Positions 29,746-39,398 of a DNA stretch of 64,000 bases are shown here, in pieces. This DNA is from an uncultured delta proteobacterium (GTDB lineage Bacteria > Desulfobacterota > Syntrophia > Syntrophales > UBA5619), in contig CAWFOM010000031.1 in assembly GCA_963817385.1 (NCBI GenBank), positions 136,452 to 200,451 of the forward strand. The letters are read 5' to 3'. Below the pieces are notes generated by a model, which worked only from the letters and a program-made list of their open reading frames with translations, made no database searches and had not been told where the DNA came from. Both the position numbers and the translations under genes were made by a program. Position 1 is the stretch's first letter. Each line of letters starts with the position of its first letter.

Positions 29746-29974
29746 GGAAAAATTTGAAGAGGCACTGGAAAGGCTGGAGGAGATCGTCAAGAAGATGGAG
29801 GCGGGAGAGATGACCCTGGAGGAATCCCTCAAGGCCTTCGAGGAAGGGATCAGGCTCTCCCGGCTCTGTGCGAAGAAACTCGACGAGGCCGACCGGCGCG
29901 TCGAGATCCTCCTTCGGCAGGAGGGCGAGCTCGTCCCCAAACCGTTTGCGGAGGAAGAACGTGAATCGGAATGA
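29738..29974 (+). CDS. xseB: exodeoxyribonuclease VII small subunit
   Basis: MAKEKFEEALERLEEIV...LEESLKAFEEG. Confidence 0.95.
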   Translation: MAKEKFEEALERLEEIVKKMEAGEMTLEESLKAFEEGIRLSRLCAKKLDEADRRVEILLRQEGELVPKPFAEEERESE

Positions 29975-30869
29975 CGGCCGCCTGCTGAAGGAATACCTCG
30001 CCGGCCAAAAGACGCTGATCGATCAGGCCCTGGCCGGCTATATCCCCGGCGAGGAGAACTATCCGCCGGTGATCTTCCAGGCCGTCCGCTACAGCCTCCT
30101 GGCGGGGGGAAAGCGGCTCCGGCCGATCCTCTGCCTGGCCGCCGCGGAGGCGGTCGGGGGGAAGTGCGGACCGATCCTGCCCGTCGCCTGCGCGCTCGAG
30201 CTCATCCACACCTACTCCCTCATCCACGACGATCTCCCCGCAATGGACAACGACGATTACCGCCGGGGAAGACCCACGTCGCACAAGGTCTTCGGGGAGG
30301 ACATCGCCATCCTCGCCGGCGACGCCCTCCTGACGGAGGCCTTCCATCTCATGACCCGCCGGGAATTGATGCCCGGCATGCCGCCGGAGCGCCTCCTCGA
30401 CGTCGCCCGCGAGATCGCGGAGGCGGCGGGCTTCTTCGGGATGGTCGGAGGCCAGGTCCTCGACATCCGCGCGGAGGGGAAAGAGGCCGATCTGGAGACC
30501 CTCCAGCGGATGCATCGCCTCAAGACGGGGGCGATGATCCGCGTCTCGCTCCGGGCGGGGGCGATCCTGGCCGGCGCCTCCGAAGAGGAACTCGCCTCGC
30601 TTTCGGACTACGGCGAGCAGATCGGGCTTGCCTTCCAGATTACCGACGACATCCTCAACGTGGAGGGGGACCGGACCCTTTTGGGCAAGGAGACGGGGAG
30701 CGACGCGGCCCGGGGAAAGGTCACCTTCCCCGCCCTTCTGGGGATGGAGGCGTCGCGCGCGCGGGCGGCGGAGCTCATCCGGGAAGCGCTGGCATCGCTG
30801 GCCTTTTTCGACGACCGGGCGGAGCCGCTCCGCCGGATCGCCCGGTACATCCTGGAGCGGAAATCATAA
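29961..30869 (+). CDS. ispA: farnesyl/geranylgeranyl diphosphate synthase
   Basis: GGKRLRP, LIHDDLPAMDNDDYRRG, LKTG, FQITDD; GTG start overlapping xseB. Confidence 0.93.
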   Translation: MNRNDGRLLKEYLAGQKTLIDQALAGYIPGEENYPPVIFQAVRYSLLAGGKRLRPILCLAAAEAVGGKCGPILPVACALELIHTYSLIHDDLPAMDNDDYRRGRPTSHKVFGEDIAILAGDALLTEAFHLMTRRELMPGMPPERLLDVAREIAEAAGFFGMVGGQVLDIRAEGKEADLETLQRMHRLKTGAMIRVSLRAGAILAGASEEELASLSDYGEQIGLAFQITDDILNVEGDRTLLGKETGSDAARGKVTFPALLGMEASRARAAELIREALASLAFFDDRAEPLRRIARYILERKS

Positions 30870-30979
30870 TCAACTTGAATTGCAAGCAGAATAGTCGTAT
30901 ATGCGCTCTTCGGGAGAAGAGCCGGGCCGTCGCGGCAAAACGGCGGACCGGGAAGATGGATGGGCACGATTAGGAACCG

Positions 30980-32918
30980 ATGACTGACAGTAAACAACAA
31001 AGCATCCTGGCGGGAGTCAATTTCCCCAAGGACATCCGGCGTCTCAACATGGCGGAGCTCAATGGTCTCGCGGAGGAGATCCGGGAGATGATGATCGAGA
31101 CCGTCTCCCGGCAGGGCGGTCACCTGGCCTCCTCCCTGGGGACGGTGGAGCTGACGCTCGCCCTCCACTATGTATTCGACACCCCCCGGGACCGCCTCGT
31201 CTGGGACGTGGGACACCAGGCCTATGCCCACAAGATCATCACCGGCAGGAAGGAGCGCTTCGCACACCCTCCGGCAGAAGGGGGGGATCAGCGGCTTCCC
31301 GAAGCGGGAGGAGAGCCCCTACGACGTCTTCGATGTGGGGCACAGCGGGACCTCCATATCCGCGGCGGCGGGAATGGCCGAGGCGCGCTGCCTGAAGGGG
31401 GAGGATTTCCGGATCATCGCCGTCATCGGCGACGGTTCGATGTCCGCCGGGATGGCCTTCGAGGGGCTCAACTGGACCGGAGACCGCCACAAGAACCTGA
31501 TCATCATCCTGAACGACAACGAGATGTGCATCTCCCCGAATGTCGGCGCCCTCTCCTCCTATCTCAACCGGATCATGACCGGCCAGACGGTGAACCGGAT
31601 CAGGACGGAGGTCAAGACCTTCCTGAAATCGGTTCCCGGAATCGGCGAACAGATGCTCAAGTTCTCCCGCCAGGTGGAGGAGTCGCTCAAGACCTTCTTC
31701 GTCCCCGGCGCGATCTTCGAGGAACTGGGGTTCACCTATGTAGGCCCCCTGGAGGGGCACCGCCTCGACCACCTCATCAAGACCCTGGAAAACGTCCGGC
31801 AGCTCTCCGGGCCCGTTCTCGTCCACGTCGTGACGCAGAAGGGGAAGGGCTATAAATACGCCGAGGACGACCCCTCCCGGTTTCACGGCATCCCCCCGTT
31901 CGACATCGAAACGGGGGAACCGGTCGCCGCCGGTTCTTCGCCGCCTCCCGCCTCCTACACCTCGGTGTTCGGCCGGACGATCGTGACCTTGGCCCGCGAG
32001 GACACGCGAATCGTCGCGATCACGGCGGCGATGTCCGAAGGGACGGGGCTCGACCGGTTCGCCGGTGAATTCCCGGGACGGTTCTACGACGTGGGGATGG
32101 CCGAACAGCACGGAGTGACCTTTGCGGCGGGGCTTGCCACCCAGGGGTTCATCCCCATCGTGGCGATCTACTCCACCTTCATGCAGCGGGCCTACGACCA
32201 GATCATCCACGACGTCTGCCTGCAGAAACTGCCGGTGGTCCTGGCGATGGACCGGGGAGGCTTCGTGGGGGCGGACGGTCCGACCCACCACGGCCTGTTC
32301 GACTTCGCCTTCCTCCGCACCATCCCGAACATCGTCGTCATGGCGCCGAAGGACGAAAACGAACTCCAGCACATGATGAAGACCGCCGTAACCTGCGGCC
32401 GCCCCGTATCCCTGCGCTATCCCCGGGGAAGGGGGGTCGGCGCGACCTTGGACGACAAACCCCGGGCAATTCCCGTCGGAAAGGGCGAGATCCTGCGGGA
32501 TTCGCCGGACGCGGCGCTGGCCGTGGTCGCCATCGGCGCCTGCGTATATCCGGCCCTCTCCGCCGCCGAACTCCTGCAGGCCGAAGGGATCCCCATCCGA
32601 GTCATCAACGCCCGGTTCGTAAAGCCGCTCGATACCGAGCTCCTCTGCAGCACGGCGATGAATTTCAAGCGGATCATCACCGTCGAGGAGAACACCCTGA
32701 TGGGCGGCTTCGGGAGCGCCATTCTCGAGCTCTTCGCGGAGAGGGGGCTTGCCGGCGTCGCCGTCCGGCGCCTGGGCATTCCGGACGAGTTCGCCCAGCA
32801 TGCGACCCAGAAGGAACTCCGGCGACTCTACGGGATCGATGCGGAGGGGATCGCCGCGGCGGTGCGGGAGATGCTGGATGATGAAAAACGCAAAGATTCC
32901 CAAGATCCGACTGGATAG
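30980..32918 (+). CDS. dxs: 1-deoxy-D-xylulose-5-phosphate synthase, frameshifted near 31262
   Basis: [21 protein letters not shown], then in the shifted frame [36 protein letters not shown]. Confidence 0.92.
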
Positions 32919-33648
32919 CCTGCTCGTCGAACGGGGCCTGGCGGAGAGCCGGGAGCAGGCGCAGGCGCTGATTCTCTCGGGGACGATCCTCGTCGGCGAC
33001 CGGCCGGCGGACAAGGCGGGAACCCCGATCCCCGCCGATGCCCAGATCCGGATCCGGGGCGAGGCGAGCCCGTATGTAAGCCGGGGCGGCCTCAAGCTCC
33101 GGGGCGCCCTCGACGCCTTCGGGATCTCCGTGGCGGGCCTCAACGCCATCGACATCGGCGCCTCCACCGGCGGCTTCACCGACTGCCTCCTCCAGGCGGG
33201 GGCGGCAAAGGTCTCCGCCGTCGACGTCGGTTACGGTCAGCTCGCCTGGAAGCTCCGGGAGGATCCGCGGGTCGTCAGCATCGAACGGACGAACATCCGC
33301 CATTACGACGGCGCGGGCATCACCGGCGAAATCGACCTCGCGGTGATCGACGTCTCCTTCATCTCGCTGAAGCTCGTCATTCCCCCCGTCGTGAAGCTGA
33401 TCCGGGAGGGCGCGATCATCATCGCCCTCGTCAAGCCGCAGTTCGAGGTGGACAAGGGCGAGGTCGGCAGCCACGGCGTCGTCCGCGAACCGAAGCTCCA
33501 CCGACGGATTCTCGCGGAGATCGAGGCGTTTTGCCGGGAGATCGGGCTTGCGGTCATGGGGAGCTGCGAATCCCCCCTCACGGGGCCGGCGGGAAACAGG
33601 GAGTTCTTCATCTGCCTCAGGAAACCGCCGGGCGGCGGGTCCGGCTGA
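32881..33648 (+). CDS. tlyA: TlyA family rRNA 2'-O-methyltransferase
   Basis: S4 domain [41 protein letters not shown]. Confidence 0.93.
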   Translation: MKNAKIPKIRLDSLLVERGLAESREQAQALILSGTILVGDRPADKAGTPIPADAQIRIRGEASPYVSRGGLKLRGALDAFGISVAGLNAIDIGASTGGFTDCLLQAGAAKVSAVDVGYGQLAWKLREDPRVVSIERTNIRHYDGAGITGEIDLAVIDVSFISLKLVIPPVVKLIREGAIIIALVKPQFEVDKGEVGSHGVVREPKLHRRILAEIEAFCREIGLAVMGSCESPLTGPAGNREFFICLRKPPGGGSG

Positions 33649-33662
33649 AGGGGAGAACGGGG

Positions 33663-35408
33663 ATGGGGGTAAAGCTGGCGAAGACCGCCGGGGTCTGCAT
33701 GGGCGTGAAGCGGGCCGTGGACATGGTCATCGACATGGCCCGCCACAAGGGTCATGAGACCATCTACACCTATGGCCCCCTTATCCATAACCCCCAGACC
33801 GTTGAGCTCCTTCAGGAGCGGGGCATCGTCCCGGTCAGGAGCCTTGACGAGTTCGACTGCGCCCCCCCCGGCGCTGCCATGATCATCCGCGCCCACGGCA
33901 TTTCGCCCGCCGAACGAAGGAAAATCAAGGAAAAGGGGTTCCATATCATCGACGCCACCTGCCCCAAGGTGGCCCATGTCCAGGCGATCATCCGGAAACA
34001 TGCGGCCGCGGGGTTCACGGTCCTGATCGCCGGAGACCGCGAGCATCCGGAGGTAAACGGTCTGTTGGGCTTTGCCGGCGAGGGCGGGATCGTCATCGGA
34101 TCCCCCGATGAGGTGGCAGGCCTCCCCGAGTCCCCGAAGGTGTGCGTCGTCGCCCAGACGACGCAGAGTCTGGAGGAATACGCGGCCATCGTCCGCCGCA
34201 TCCGTGAGCGGTTCCCCGAGGCGGTCGTCTTCGAGACGATCTGCGACTCGACGGAGAAACGCCAGGCGGAAATCAAGGCGCTCGCCACGGGAACGGACGC
34301 CGTCTTCATCGTCGGCGGCCTAAACAGCGCCAACACCCGGCGTCTGGCGGAACTCGCGAAACTCCAGGGGAAACCCGCCTTCCACATCGAAACCGCCGAA
34401 GAACTCTCGGCGATCGATATTGAACCCTACCGCCGGATCGGGGTATCCGCCGGGGCGTCGACCCCCAACTGGATCATCGATCGGGTGGTTGACCATCTGA
34501 CCGGCCGCCAAGGGAAAAAGGAAGAGTACCTCCGGCGCCTCTTCAAGATCTGGGTCTTTGCCGTCCGCACGGACCTCTACTCCGCCGCGGGCGCCGGCTG
34601 CCTTTCGCTCGTCGCCATGCTCCTCCAGGGGCTGCCGGTGAACCCCCTCCACATCCTGACCGCTTCCCTCTACGTCTACGCCATGCACGTCCTCAACCGG
34701 TTCATTAACCGCAAGACGAGCAGCATCAGCTCCTTTCGGGAAGAATCCTACCTCCTCCATGAGAAGATCTATGTGTCCCTGGCCGTCATATCGATGGTCC
34801 TCGCACTCAGCGCCTCCCTGGTCGCGGGGCCGGCGCCCTTCATCCTGCTGTTCGTCATCTCGCTCTCCGGCATCCTCTACAATACTCGTCTCTTGCCGGC
34901 CGGATGGCGGTTTCAGAGCCTGAAGGATATACCGGGTTCGAAGAACATCGCCACCGCCATCGCCTGGGCGGCGGTGACGGCTCTCCTGCCGTGGATCGAA
35001 ACCGGCCCGGCGCCGACGCCGGGCCTCGCGGTTGCCTTTTTCTTCATCGCCGGCATCGTCTTCATCCGCTCGGCGCTCTCGGACATCCTCGACATCCAGA
35101 GCGACCGGCTGATCGGCCGGGAGACCCTCCCTGTCCTCATCGGCGGGGAAAAAACCCTTATCCTCCTCCAATGCGTCTCCGCGCTCCTGTTTCTCCTGCT
35201 TTTGGCGGCCTCACCGGCCGGGTGGTCGACCTCGCTCAGTTTTGTCCTGTTAACATCAGTATTTTATATATGGATTTGTTTTAAACTTTATGATAGAAGG
35301 TCCGGGTTTTCCGGAGTCGTCCTGGAAGGGCTCTTAGAAAGCAGTTACATCGTCGCCGGGCTAAGCGCCCTGCTGTGGCTAATTGCACACAGAGGCATGA
35401 CCGCCTGA
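33663..35408 (+). CDS. ispH: IspH (HMBPP reductase) fused to a C-terminal UbiA-like membrane prenyltransferase domain
   Basis: AGVCMGV, LIHN, RAHG, DATCP, HPEV, TICDST, SANT, AGASTP; then ~300 aa multi-TM region with LKDIPGSKN and DILDIQSDRLIGRETLP. Confidence 0.88.
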   Translation: MGVKLAKTAGVCMGVKRAVDMVIDMARHKGHETIYTYGPLIHNPQTVELLQERGIVPVRSLDEFDCAPPGAAMIIRAHGISPAERRKIKEKGFHIIDATCPKVAHVQAIIRKHAAAGFTVLIAGDREHPEVNGLLGFAGEGGIVIGSPDEVAGLPESPKVCVVAQTTQSLEEYAAIVRRIRERFPEAVVFETICDSTEKRQAEIKALATGTDAVFIVGGLNSANTRRLAELAKLQGKPAFHIETAEELSAIDIEPYRRIGVSAGASTPNWIIDRVVDHLTGRQGKKEEYLRRLFKIWVFAVRTDLYSAAGAGCLSLVAMLLQGLPVNPLHILTASLYVYAMHVLNRFINRKTSSISSFREESYLLHEKIYVSLAVISMVLALSASLVAGPAPFILLFVISLSGILYNTRLLPAGWRFQSLKDIPGSKNIATAIAWAAVTALLPWIETGPAPTPGLAVAFFFIAGIVFIRSALSDILDIQSDRLIGRETLPVLIGGEKTLILLQCVSALLFLLLLAASPAGWSTSLSFVLLTSVFYIWICFKLYDRRSGFSGVVLEGLLESSYIVAGLSALLWLIAHRGMTA

Positions 35409-35423
35409 ACCGGAGGTGCCGTA

Positions 35424-36011
35424 GTGAGGAAAACAGGGGGAACGGCCATCCTCGCTTTCCTGCTTTTGGGGGTCCTGGGGTGCGGAGGCCTTCGCTATTC
35501 GCAGGTCTCGCCGGAGGCAAAGGAGTTTCATCCCCGGGGAATCGCTCTGATTCCCGCCGACACGACCGCCTTTCCGGAGGCGAAGGGCATTGTCGATCGC
35601 ATTTTTGTCGAAGCCCTTGGTGAGCGGAAGTGGTTCACCGATATCGTCGGGGGAGAAGAGATCAGACGCCGCCTGGACACGGATCCGGAACTCCGGCAGG
35701 CCGTCGCGGAGTACCTGGCAAAACTGAGGAACGTCAGTTTCTCCGACCCGGACCTGAGCGGCAGAATCGGCGCTCTAACCCGCGCCGAGGCCCTTTTGCT
35801 CGTCCGCGTCGATTATTGGAACTACACGACGGAAAACGATAATAAAGTTGGCAAGGTGAGCCTCTCGATCACGATGGTCGAGGCCAAGACCGGCAAGACC
35901 ATCTGGAGCGCGGTCCACAACCGGGCAAGCGATTACCTGATCATCAAACCGGATCTCCCCGATGTCGGCAGGGATCTTATCCGAGAAATGATCGGTTATA
36001 TGCCGCATTAG
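35424..36011 (+). CDS. hypothetical lipoprotein
   Basis: Lipobox VLGC; C-terminal MVEAKTGKTIWS typical of CsgG/LpoB-like folds. Confidence 0.65.
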   Translation: MRKTGGTAILAFLLLGVLGCGGLRYSQVSPEAKEFHPRGIALIPADTTAFPEAKGIVDRIFVEALGERKWFTDIVGGEEIRRRLDTDPELRQAVAEYLAKLRNVSFSDPDLSGRIGALTRAEALLLVRVDYWNYTTENDNKVGKVSLSITMVEAKTGKTIWSAVHNRASDYLIIKPDLPDVGRDLIREMIGYMPH

Positions 36012-36041
36012 GGGCAGACCCTTACCAAGAGGGGGAAACGG

Positions 36042-36272
36042 ATGCTTGAAATGAAGGAACTCGTACAAAAAGCGATAGACAAGATCAGGCCCAATCTCCA
36101 GGCGGACGGCGGGGATGTGGAGCTGATCGACGTAGGCGAAGATGGGGTGGTGAAGGTGAAACTGGTTGGGGCCTGCCACGGCTGCCCGATGGCCCAGATG
36201 ACACTCAAAAATGGGATTGAAAAATTCCTCAAACAGGAGGTCCCCGCGGTCAAATCCGTGGTTTCCGTTTGA
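36042..36272 (+). CDS. NifU C-terminal domain (Nfu) Fe-S carrier
   Basis: IRPNLQADGGDVEL, GACHGCP. Confidence 0.92.
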   Translation: MLEMKELVQKAIDKIRPNLQADGGDVELIDVGEDGVVKVKLVGACHGCPMAQMTLKNGIEKFLKQEVPAVKSVVSV

Positions 36273-36330
36273 GATAACCGGACCGGATGAACCGGTCAGG
36301 ACGATAAAAAAAGAAGAAGGAGAAAACGAT

Positions 36331-36510
36331 ATGGCGTATATTATTACGGATGAATGTATTGCTTGCGGTTCCTGTCAGGATGAATGCCCTGCGGAGGCGA
36401 TCAGCGAAGGGGAAGATAAATATACCATCGATCCCAAGCTGTGTACGGACTGCGGGACCTGCGCTGAACAGTGCCCGGTCGAGGCGATCACGCCCGGCGA
36501 AGAGAAGTAG
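36331..36510 (+). CDS. 2[4Fe-4S] ferredoxin
   Basis: CIACGSCQDECP and CTDCGTCAEQCP. Confidence 0.95.
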   Translation: MAYIITDECIACGSCQDECPAEAISEGEDKYTIDPKLCTDCGTCAEQCPVEAITPGEEK

Positions 36511-36536
36511 AACCAAATCGGTTATCTGACAGGCAA

Positions 36537-36583
36537 AGGGGAGAGCCGTACCGGAGACGGGCCGCGGCTTTCCCCTCTGTTTT
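36537..36583 (+). terminator. terminator after ferredoxin
   Basis: AGGGGAGAGCCG...CGGCTTTCCCCT followed by a T-rich tail. Confidence 0.6.
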
Positions 36584-36600
36584 ATGGTGGTTGGGGTACC

Positions 36601-36776
36601 TCGAAAGGATTTTACCGGGACTCAGGATCTTTTTTCGACCCTGCTCATCCTCGCTAAAGCTGCCGAAAACCAACTCGCGCTTCGCGCTCAAACTTGTTTT
36701 CCGGCAGGCGCTCCACTCAAGGTGGCAGGGTGCCCGAAAAAATCTCTGAATCGTCCCTCTTAAAAAATCCTTTCGA
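36601..36776. repeat. ~176-bp nested inverted-repeat element (MITE/REP-like)
   Basis: Terminal IR TCGAAAGGATTTT (36601-36613)/AAAATCCTTTCGA (36764-36776), imperfect inner arms, apex TGCCGAAAAC...CTCGCGCTTCGCGCTCAAAC...GTTTTCCGGCA. Confidence 0.7.
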
Positions 36777-36808
36777 TGCATGGGTTTTTTGATTGAATAG
36801 GCGGCAGG

Positions 36809-37474
36809 ATGAGACGATTTGTCACCTTTGAGGGGATCGAGGGGTGTGGGAAGACCACCCAGATCAGACTTGCAGCTCTCTGGCTGAAGGAGCGCGGCAT
36901 CCCTTTCCTCACGACCGCCGAACCGGGCGGGACGCCACTCGGCCGGAAGATTCGCGAAATTTTGTTGAACCGCGGTTCCTTCGCCATCAGCGCCGAGGCG
37001 GAGCTCCTCCTTTTTGCCGCTGCGCGCGCCCAGCACGTTCGGGAGACCATCCTCCCCGCGCTGAAGGAGGGACGATGGGTTCTCTGCGACCGCTTTGCGG
37101 ATGCAACAATTGCCTACCAGGGCTTCGGCCGGGGTCTCGACACTGGGTTTATCCGCACGTTGAATGCCTTCTCCGCACTCTCGCTGATGCCGGACATGAC
37201 GCTGCTTATCGATACCCCTGTCGAGACGGGACTCGATAGGGCGAAGAGAAGAACGGCCGGTATCCGACCGGAAACGGCCGAAGACCGATTCGAGCAGGAG
37301 GATCGGGCTTTTCACGGAAGGATCCGGGAGGGATACCTGACCCTCGCGGCCGAAGATCCGGAACGTTTCCGGATCATCGACGGATCGGCGGACATCGATA
37401 CGATCCATGCCGAGGTTTGCCGCCATCTGGCGGCGCTTATTGAAGAATCCTTCCCCCGGGGGACAAAGGCACTC
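36809..37474 (+). CDS. tmk: thymidylate kinase (in frame with holB in this assembly)
   Basis: FEGIEGCGKTT, EPGGT, LLFAAARAQH, CDRF, YQG, DRFE. Confidence 0.92.
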
Positions 37475-38443
37475 ATGACGTTCGCCGAGATTTATGGTCA
37501 CGAAAAACAGATCGCGATTCTGAAGAGCGCCATGGCGAACAGCCGCATCGCCCACGCCTATCTCTTCTACGGGATGGAGGGGATCGGCAAGAAGACCCTG
37601 GCGTCCGTTTTTGCCAGGGCCTTGAACTGCGAAAGTGAAACCCCTCCCTGCGATGTCTGCGCCTCCTGTCGAAAAGCGGAACGCAAAACCCATCCGGACA
37701 TCATCACGATCACGGCGGAAGGCCAGTTCATCAAGATCGGAGCGGTCAAGGAGCTCCAGGAGCAGATGAAGTTCCGGCCCCGGGAGGGGCGGCGGCGGGT
37801 TTTTATCCTGACGGAGGCGGACCGGATGAACGCCGCGGCGGCCAACGCCCTCCTGAAGACCCTGGAGGAACCGTCGGCGGGAAACATTCTCCTGCTCACC
37901 ACCTCCCGCCCCCATGCCCTCCCCCTCACCATCCTCTCCCGCTGCCAGCATCTCCGTTTCACCCCCCTGCCGCGGGAGGAGGTGGCCCGATTTCTGCGGG
38001 AGAAGGATGCACTCGACCCGGACGCCGCGGCGGTCCTCGCCGCTTCGTCGGGCGGCAGTATCGGCAAGGCCCGGGAGATGAACCGGGAGGACTACCTCAT
38101 CCTGAGAAACGGAATCCTGGAGTACCTGTCGACGGACGATCCGGAGGATCCCCTCAAGCGACTCGCCTTTGCCGGCCGTTTTGGGACGGAGCGGGAAGAG
38201 ATCCTGGAGAGTCTCCAGATCCTGAAGACTTGCTACCGGGATGCCATGGTCTTCCGGGAGACGAGGGATTCGGAAGGGCTGATCTTCCGCGACCGGATCA
38301 CCCTCATTCAGGCAGTTGCCGAACGTCTGTCGGGGCGCACCCTTATCCACAACCTCGCCGCAGTGGAGGCAGCCATGAGCGCTATCGATCAGAATGCCAA
38401 TAAGACGTTGACTTTGGAGACCATGGTGATTAAGCTCGCTTGA
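37475..38443 (+). CDS. holB: DNA polymerase III subunit delta'
   Basis: MTFAEIYGH, HAYLFYG, CDVCASC, HPD, NALLKTLEEP, TILSRC. Confidence 0.92.
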   Translation: MTFAEIYGHEKQIAILKSAMANSRIAHAYLFYGMEGIGKKTLASVFARALNCESETPPCDVCASCRKAERKTHPDIITITAEGQFIKIGAVKELQEQMKFRPREGRRRVFILTEADRMNAAAANALLKTLEEPSAGNILLLTTSRPHALPLTILSRCQHLRFTPLPREEVARFLREKDALDPDAAAVLAASSGGSIGKAREMNREDYLILRNGILEYLSTDDPEDPLKRLAFAGRFGTEREEILESLQILKTCYRDAMVFRETRDSEGLIFRDRITLIQAVAERLSGRTLIHNLAAVEAAMSAIDQNANKTLTLETMVIKLA

Positions 38444-38471
38444 AGAACATATGCAAAAGAGGTGAAGAACC

Positions 38472-39368
38472 TTGAAAAATATCGTCGGTGTCAAGTTCAA
38501 GAAGGAAGGGAAAATTTACAGCTTCCATGCGGCCGATCTCCCGCTGAAACAGGACGACCTTGTCGTGGTCAGCACGGAAAACGGCCCGGCCGTCGGCACG
38601 GTGGTGAAGGAGGTTCAGGCCGTCCCGTCTGAGCAACTGGCCGCCAATCTCAAGAATGTCATTCGTATGGCTTCGGATGAGGACTTGACCGCTTGTGAGA
38701 ACAACCGCAGGATGGAGCGGGAGGCCATGCAGTTCTGCACCCGGCGGATCGCAGAGAGGCAGCTCCCGATGAAGTTGATTGATGTGGAATGCCTCTTCGA
38801 TCAGACAAAGGTGGTCTTCTACTTCACCGCGGAGAGCAGGGTGGACTTCCGGGATCTGGTGAAGGATCTCGTTCAGAAGTTCCGGACCCGCATCGAACTC
38901 AGACAGATCGGCGCGCGGCAGGAAGCACGCATCATCAAGGGGCTCGGGATCTGCGGACGGGAAGTCTGCTGCGCGACGCTCCTGCAGAGCCTGGATCGGG
39001 TTTCGGTCAAGATGGCCAAGGAACAGAACATGTCCCTCAACCCCGAGAAGATCTCCGGCCTCTGCGGCAGGCTAATGTGCTGCCTGGGCTACGAATACGA
39101 CGGCTATGTAGACATGAAAAAAGACATGCCGAAATGCGGGAAGCTGGTCCAGACCCCCGAGGGACGGGGTAAAGTCACCCGCCAGAGCGCGCTTCGGGGA
39201 GAGGTCGTCGTCTTTTTGGAAAGCGGGAAAGAGGCGACCTTCAAGGTGAATGAGATCCAGCGCACGACGGACTGCCGATGTACCGATCAAAGGAATGCGC
39301 ACCAGACCGGAGGCGGACTTCGGAAGGTTCACGAAAAAACTTCCGGACCCCCGGTAAAGCAAAAATAA
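38472..39368 (+). CDS. PSP1/YaaT (RicT) family protein
   Basis: RVDFRDLVKDL, RIELRQIG, GICGREVCC, KISGLCGRLMCCL; tmk-holB-ricT-metG synteny. Confidence 0.92.
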   Translation: MKNIVGVKFKKEGKIYSFHAADLPLKQDDLVVVSTENGPAVGTVVKEVQAVPSEQLAANLKNVIRMASDEDLTACENNRRMEREAMQFCTRRIAERQLPMKLIDVECLFDQTKVVFYFTAESRVDFRDLVKDLVQKFRTRIELRQIGARQEARIIKGLGICGREVCCATLLQSLDRVSVKMAKEQNMSLNPEKISGLCGRLMCCLGYEYDGYVDMKKDMPKCGKLVQTPEGRGKVTRQSALRGEVVVFLESGKEATFKVNEIQRTTDCRCTDQRNAHQTGGGLRKVHEKTSGPPVKQK

Positions 39369-39398
39369 GAAAAGTGTTTCCGGAACCTTACGAGGTGA

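Noticed and set aside
36488..38500. Long antisense ORFs (670 aa here; also 31239-33179, 2097-3704, 10106-11704, 54936-56273)
   Set aside because: Shadows of GC-rich genes on the opposite strand, with no recognisable motifs
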